In this document: piece after piece, positions 62,497-64,000 of the stretch | How positions within the stretch are numbered: the first letter of the stretch is position 1 | Layout: each line of letters opens with the position of its first letter | DNA from: Malacoraja senta | Lineage: Eukaryota | Direction of reading: 5' to 3' | Assembly (NCBI GenBank): GCA_038087875.1 | Contig: CM075998.1 | Coordinates: forward strand, 1,240,001 to 1,304,000 | Length of the DNA: 64,000 bases | Notes under the pieces: model-generated | Database searches by the model: none | The model's input: the letters and a program-made list of their open reading frames with translations, nothing else | What the model was told of the DNA's origin: nothing | Made by a program: the position numbers and the translations under genes

Positions 62497-63660
62497 TGTT
62501 TTCGACAAGGTCCCACATAAGAGATTAGTATGCACACTTAAAGCACACGGTATTGGGGGTTCAGTATTGATGTGGATAGAGAACTGGCTGGCAGACAGGA
62601 AGCAAAGAGTAGGAGTAAACGGGTCCTTTTCAGAATGGCAGGCAGTGACTAGTGGGGTACCGCAAGGCTCAGTGCTGGGACCCCAGCTATTTACAATATA
62701 TATTAATGATCTGGATGAGGGAATTGAATGCAACATCTCCAAGTTTGCGGGTGACACGAAGCTGGGGGGCAGTGTTAGCTGTGAGGAGGATGCTAGGAGG
62801 CTGCAAGGTGACTTGGAAAGGTTGGGTGAGTGGGCAAATGCATGGCAGATGCAGTATAATGTGGATACATGTGAGGTTATCCACTTTGGTGGAAAGTAGA
62901 CTATTATCTGAATGGTGGCCGATTAGGAAAAGGGGAGATGCAACGAGATCTGGGTGTCATGGTACACCAGTCATTGAAAGTAGGCATGCAGGTGCAGCAG
63001 GCAGTGAAGAAAGCGAATGGTATGTTAGCATTCATAGCAAAAGGATTTGAGTATAAGAGCAGGGAGTTTCTACTGCAGTTGTACAGGGTCTTGGTGAGGC
63101 CACACCTGGAGTATTGCGTACAGTTTTGGTCACCAAATCTGAGGAAAGACATTCTTGCCATAGAGGGAGTACAGAGAAGGTTCACCAGACTGATTCCTGG
63201 GATGGCAGGACTTTCATATGAAGAAAGACTGGATAGACTCGGCTTGTACTCGATAGAATTTAGAAGATTGAGGGGGGATCTTATAGAAACTTACAAGATT
63301 CTTAAGGGGTTGGACAGGCTAGATGCAGGAAGATTGTTCCCGATGTTGGGGAAGTCCAGAACAAGGGGTCACAGTTTAAGGATAAGGGGGAAGTCTTTTA
63401 GGACCGAGATGAGAAAATCATTTGTCACACAGAGAGTGGTGAATCTGTGGAATTCTCTGCCACAAGAAGGTAGTTGAGGCCAGTTCATTGGCTATATTTA
63501 AGAGGGAGTTAGATGTGGCCCTTGTGGCTAAAGGGATCAGGGGGTATGGAGAGAAGGCAGGTACAGGATACTGAGTTGGATGATCAGCCATGAACATATT
63601 GAATGGCGGTGCAGGCTCGAAGGGCCGAATGGCCTACTCCTGCATCTATTTTCTATGTTT
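62497..63660 (+). mobile_element. Young 5'-truncated CR1 LINE inserted in a Penelope-derived repeat
   Basis: FDKVPH...WIENWLADRKQRV...GVPQGSVLGPQLFTIYINDLD...YEERLDRLGLYSIEFRRLRGDLIETYKI, tail ttctatgtttc; host repeat resumes at 63661 (ccagagatgctgcctgaccc). Confidence 0.93.
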
Positions 63661-64000
63661 CCAGAGATGCTGCCTGACCCATTGAGTTAGTCCAACACAT
63701 TGTGTCTTTTTTTGTAAACCAACATCTGCAATTCCTTGTTTCTACAGATGATCTGACATTTCACTACATCATATCCCAGCTGTCAAGTCCTCACCCACTT
63801 AGCTTGCCCGCATCCTCTTTAAGCCTCCTTGCACCCTCCGCACTATCCTCTCTTTTTAAACAACAACAAACATGGCATTTGCTCCCCTCAACCAAATCCC
63901 TCATAAATTGCGACTGACAAGCACCAATCCCAGTGGTAACCCACTAATCACAACCTGCAGACCGGAGAAAAAAACGGTTTACTCTGACGTATTAAATGGA

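Noticed and set aside
62567-63477. Long RT-like ORFs as a host gene or active LINE
   Set aside because: 5'-truncated CR1 with internal deletion/frameshifts; no endonuclease domain or ORF1
1-64000. CRISPR arrays, rRNA, bona fide tRNA or snoRNA genes, prokaryotic operons
   Set aside because: Eukaryotic intron-rich locus; no regularly spaced repeat-spacer array or complete structural RNA gene recognised. tRNA-like boxes occur only in SINE heads.

Overview
Vertebrate genomic DNA, most likely from a cartilaginous fish (skate/ray/shark), inferred from the repeat content: CR1, Rex1/Babar, Penelope, HE1-like and Deu-domain SINEs. Three spliced genes can be reconstructed by hand. (1) The 5' part of a FAM186A/B-like gene on the minus strand (exons 6273-6148, 4720-4510, 2950-2756). 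(2) CSRNP2 on the plus strand, head-to-head with it, with a CRE/TATA-like promoter near 6.77 kb, coding exons from 24032 to 38819, at least three 1-nt frameshifts in this assembly and a long 3'UTR. (3) LETMD1 on the minus strand, tail-to-tail with CSRNP2 (8 coding exons from 60041 to 51000; first exon outside the window). A 200-N gap lies at 30762-30961. Most ORFs in the supplied track are spurious or retroelement fragments. The most interesting non-genic signal is a ~140-bp SINE-like element present in two full-length copies with 13-14-bp TSDs (4304-4444 +, 25384-25524 -). Its first 54 nt fold into a minimal HDV/CPEB3-type self-cleaving ribozyme whose predicted cleavage site is exactly the element's 5' end. 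Also notable: Penelope-derived repeats with minimal hammerhead cores, a 75-bp-arm fold-back element, and a perfect 32-bp hairpin in the CSRNP2 3'UTR. Homology calls come from recalled protein/RNA sequences, not from database searches.
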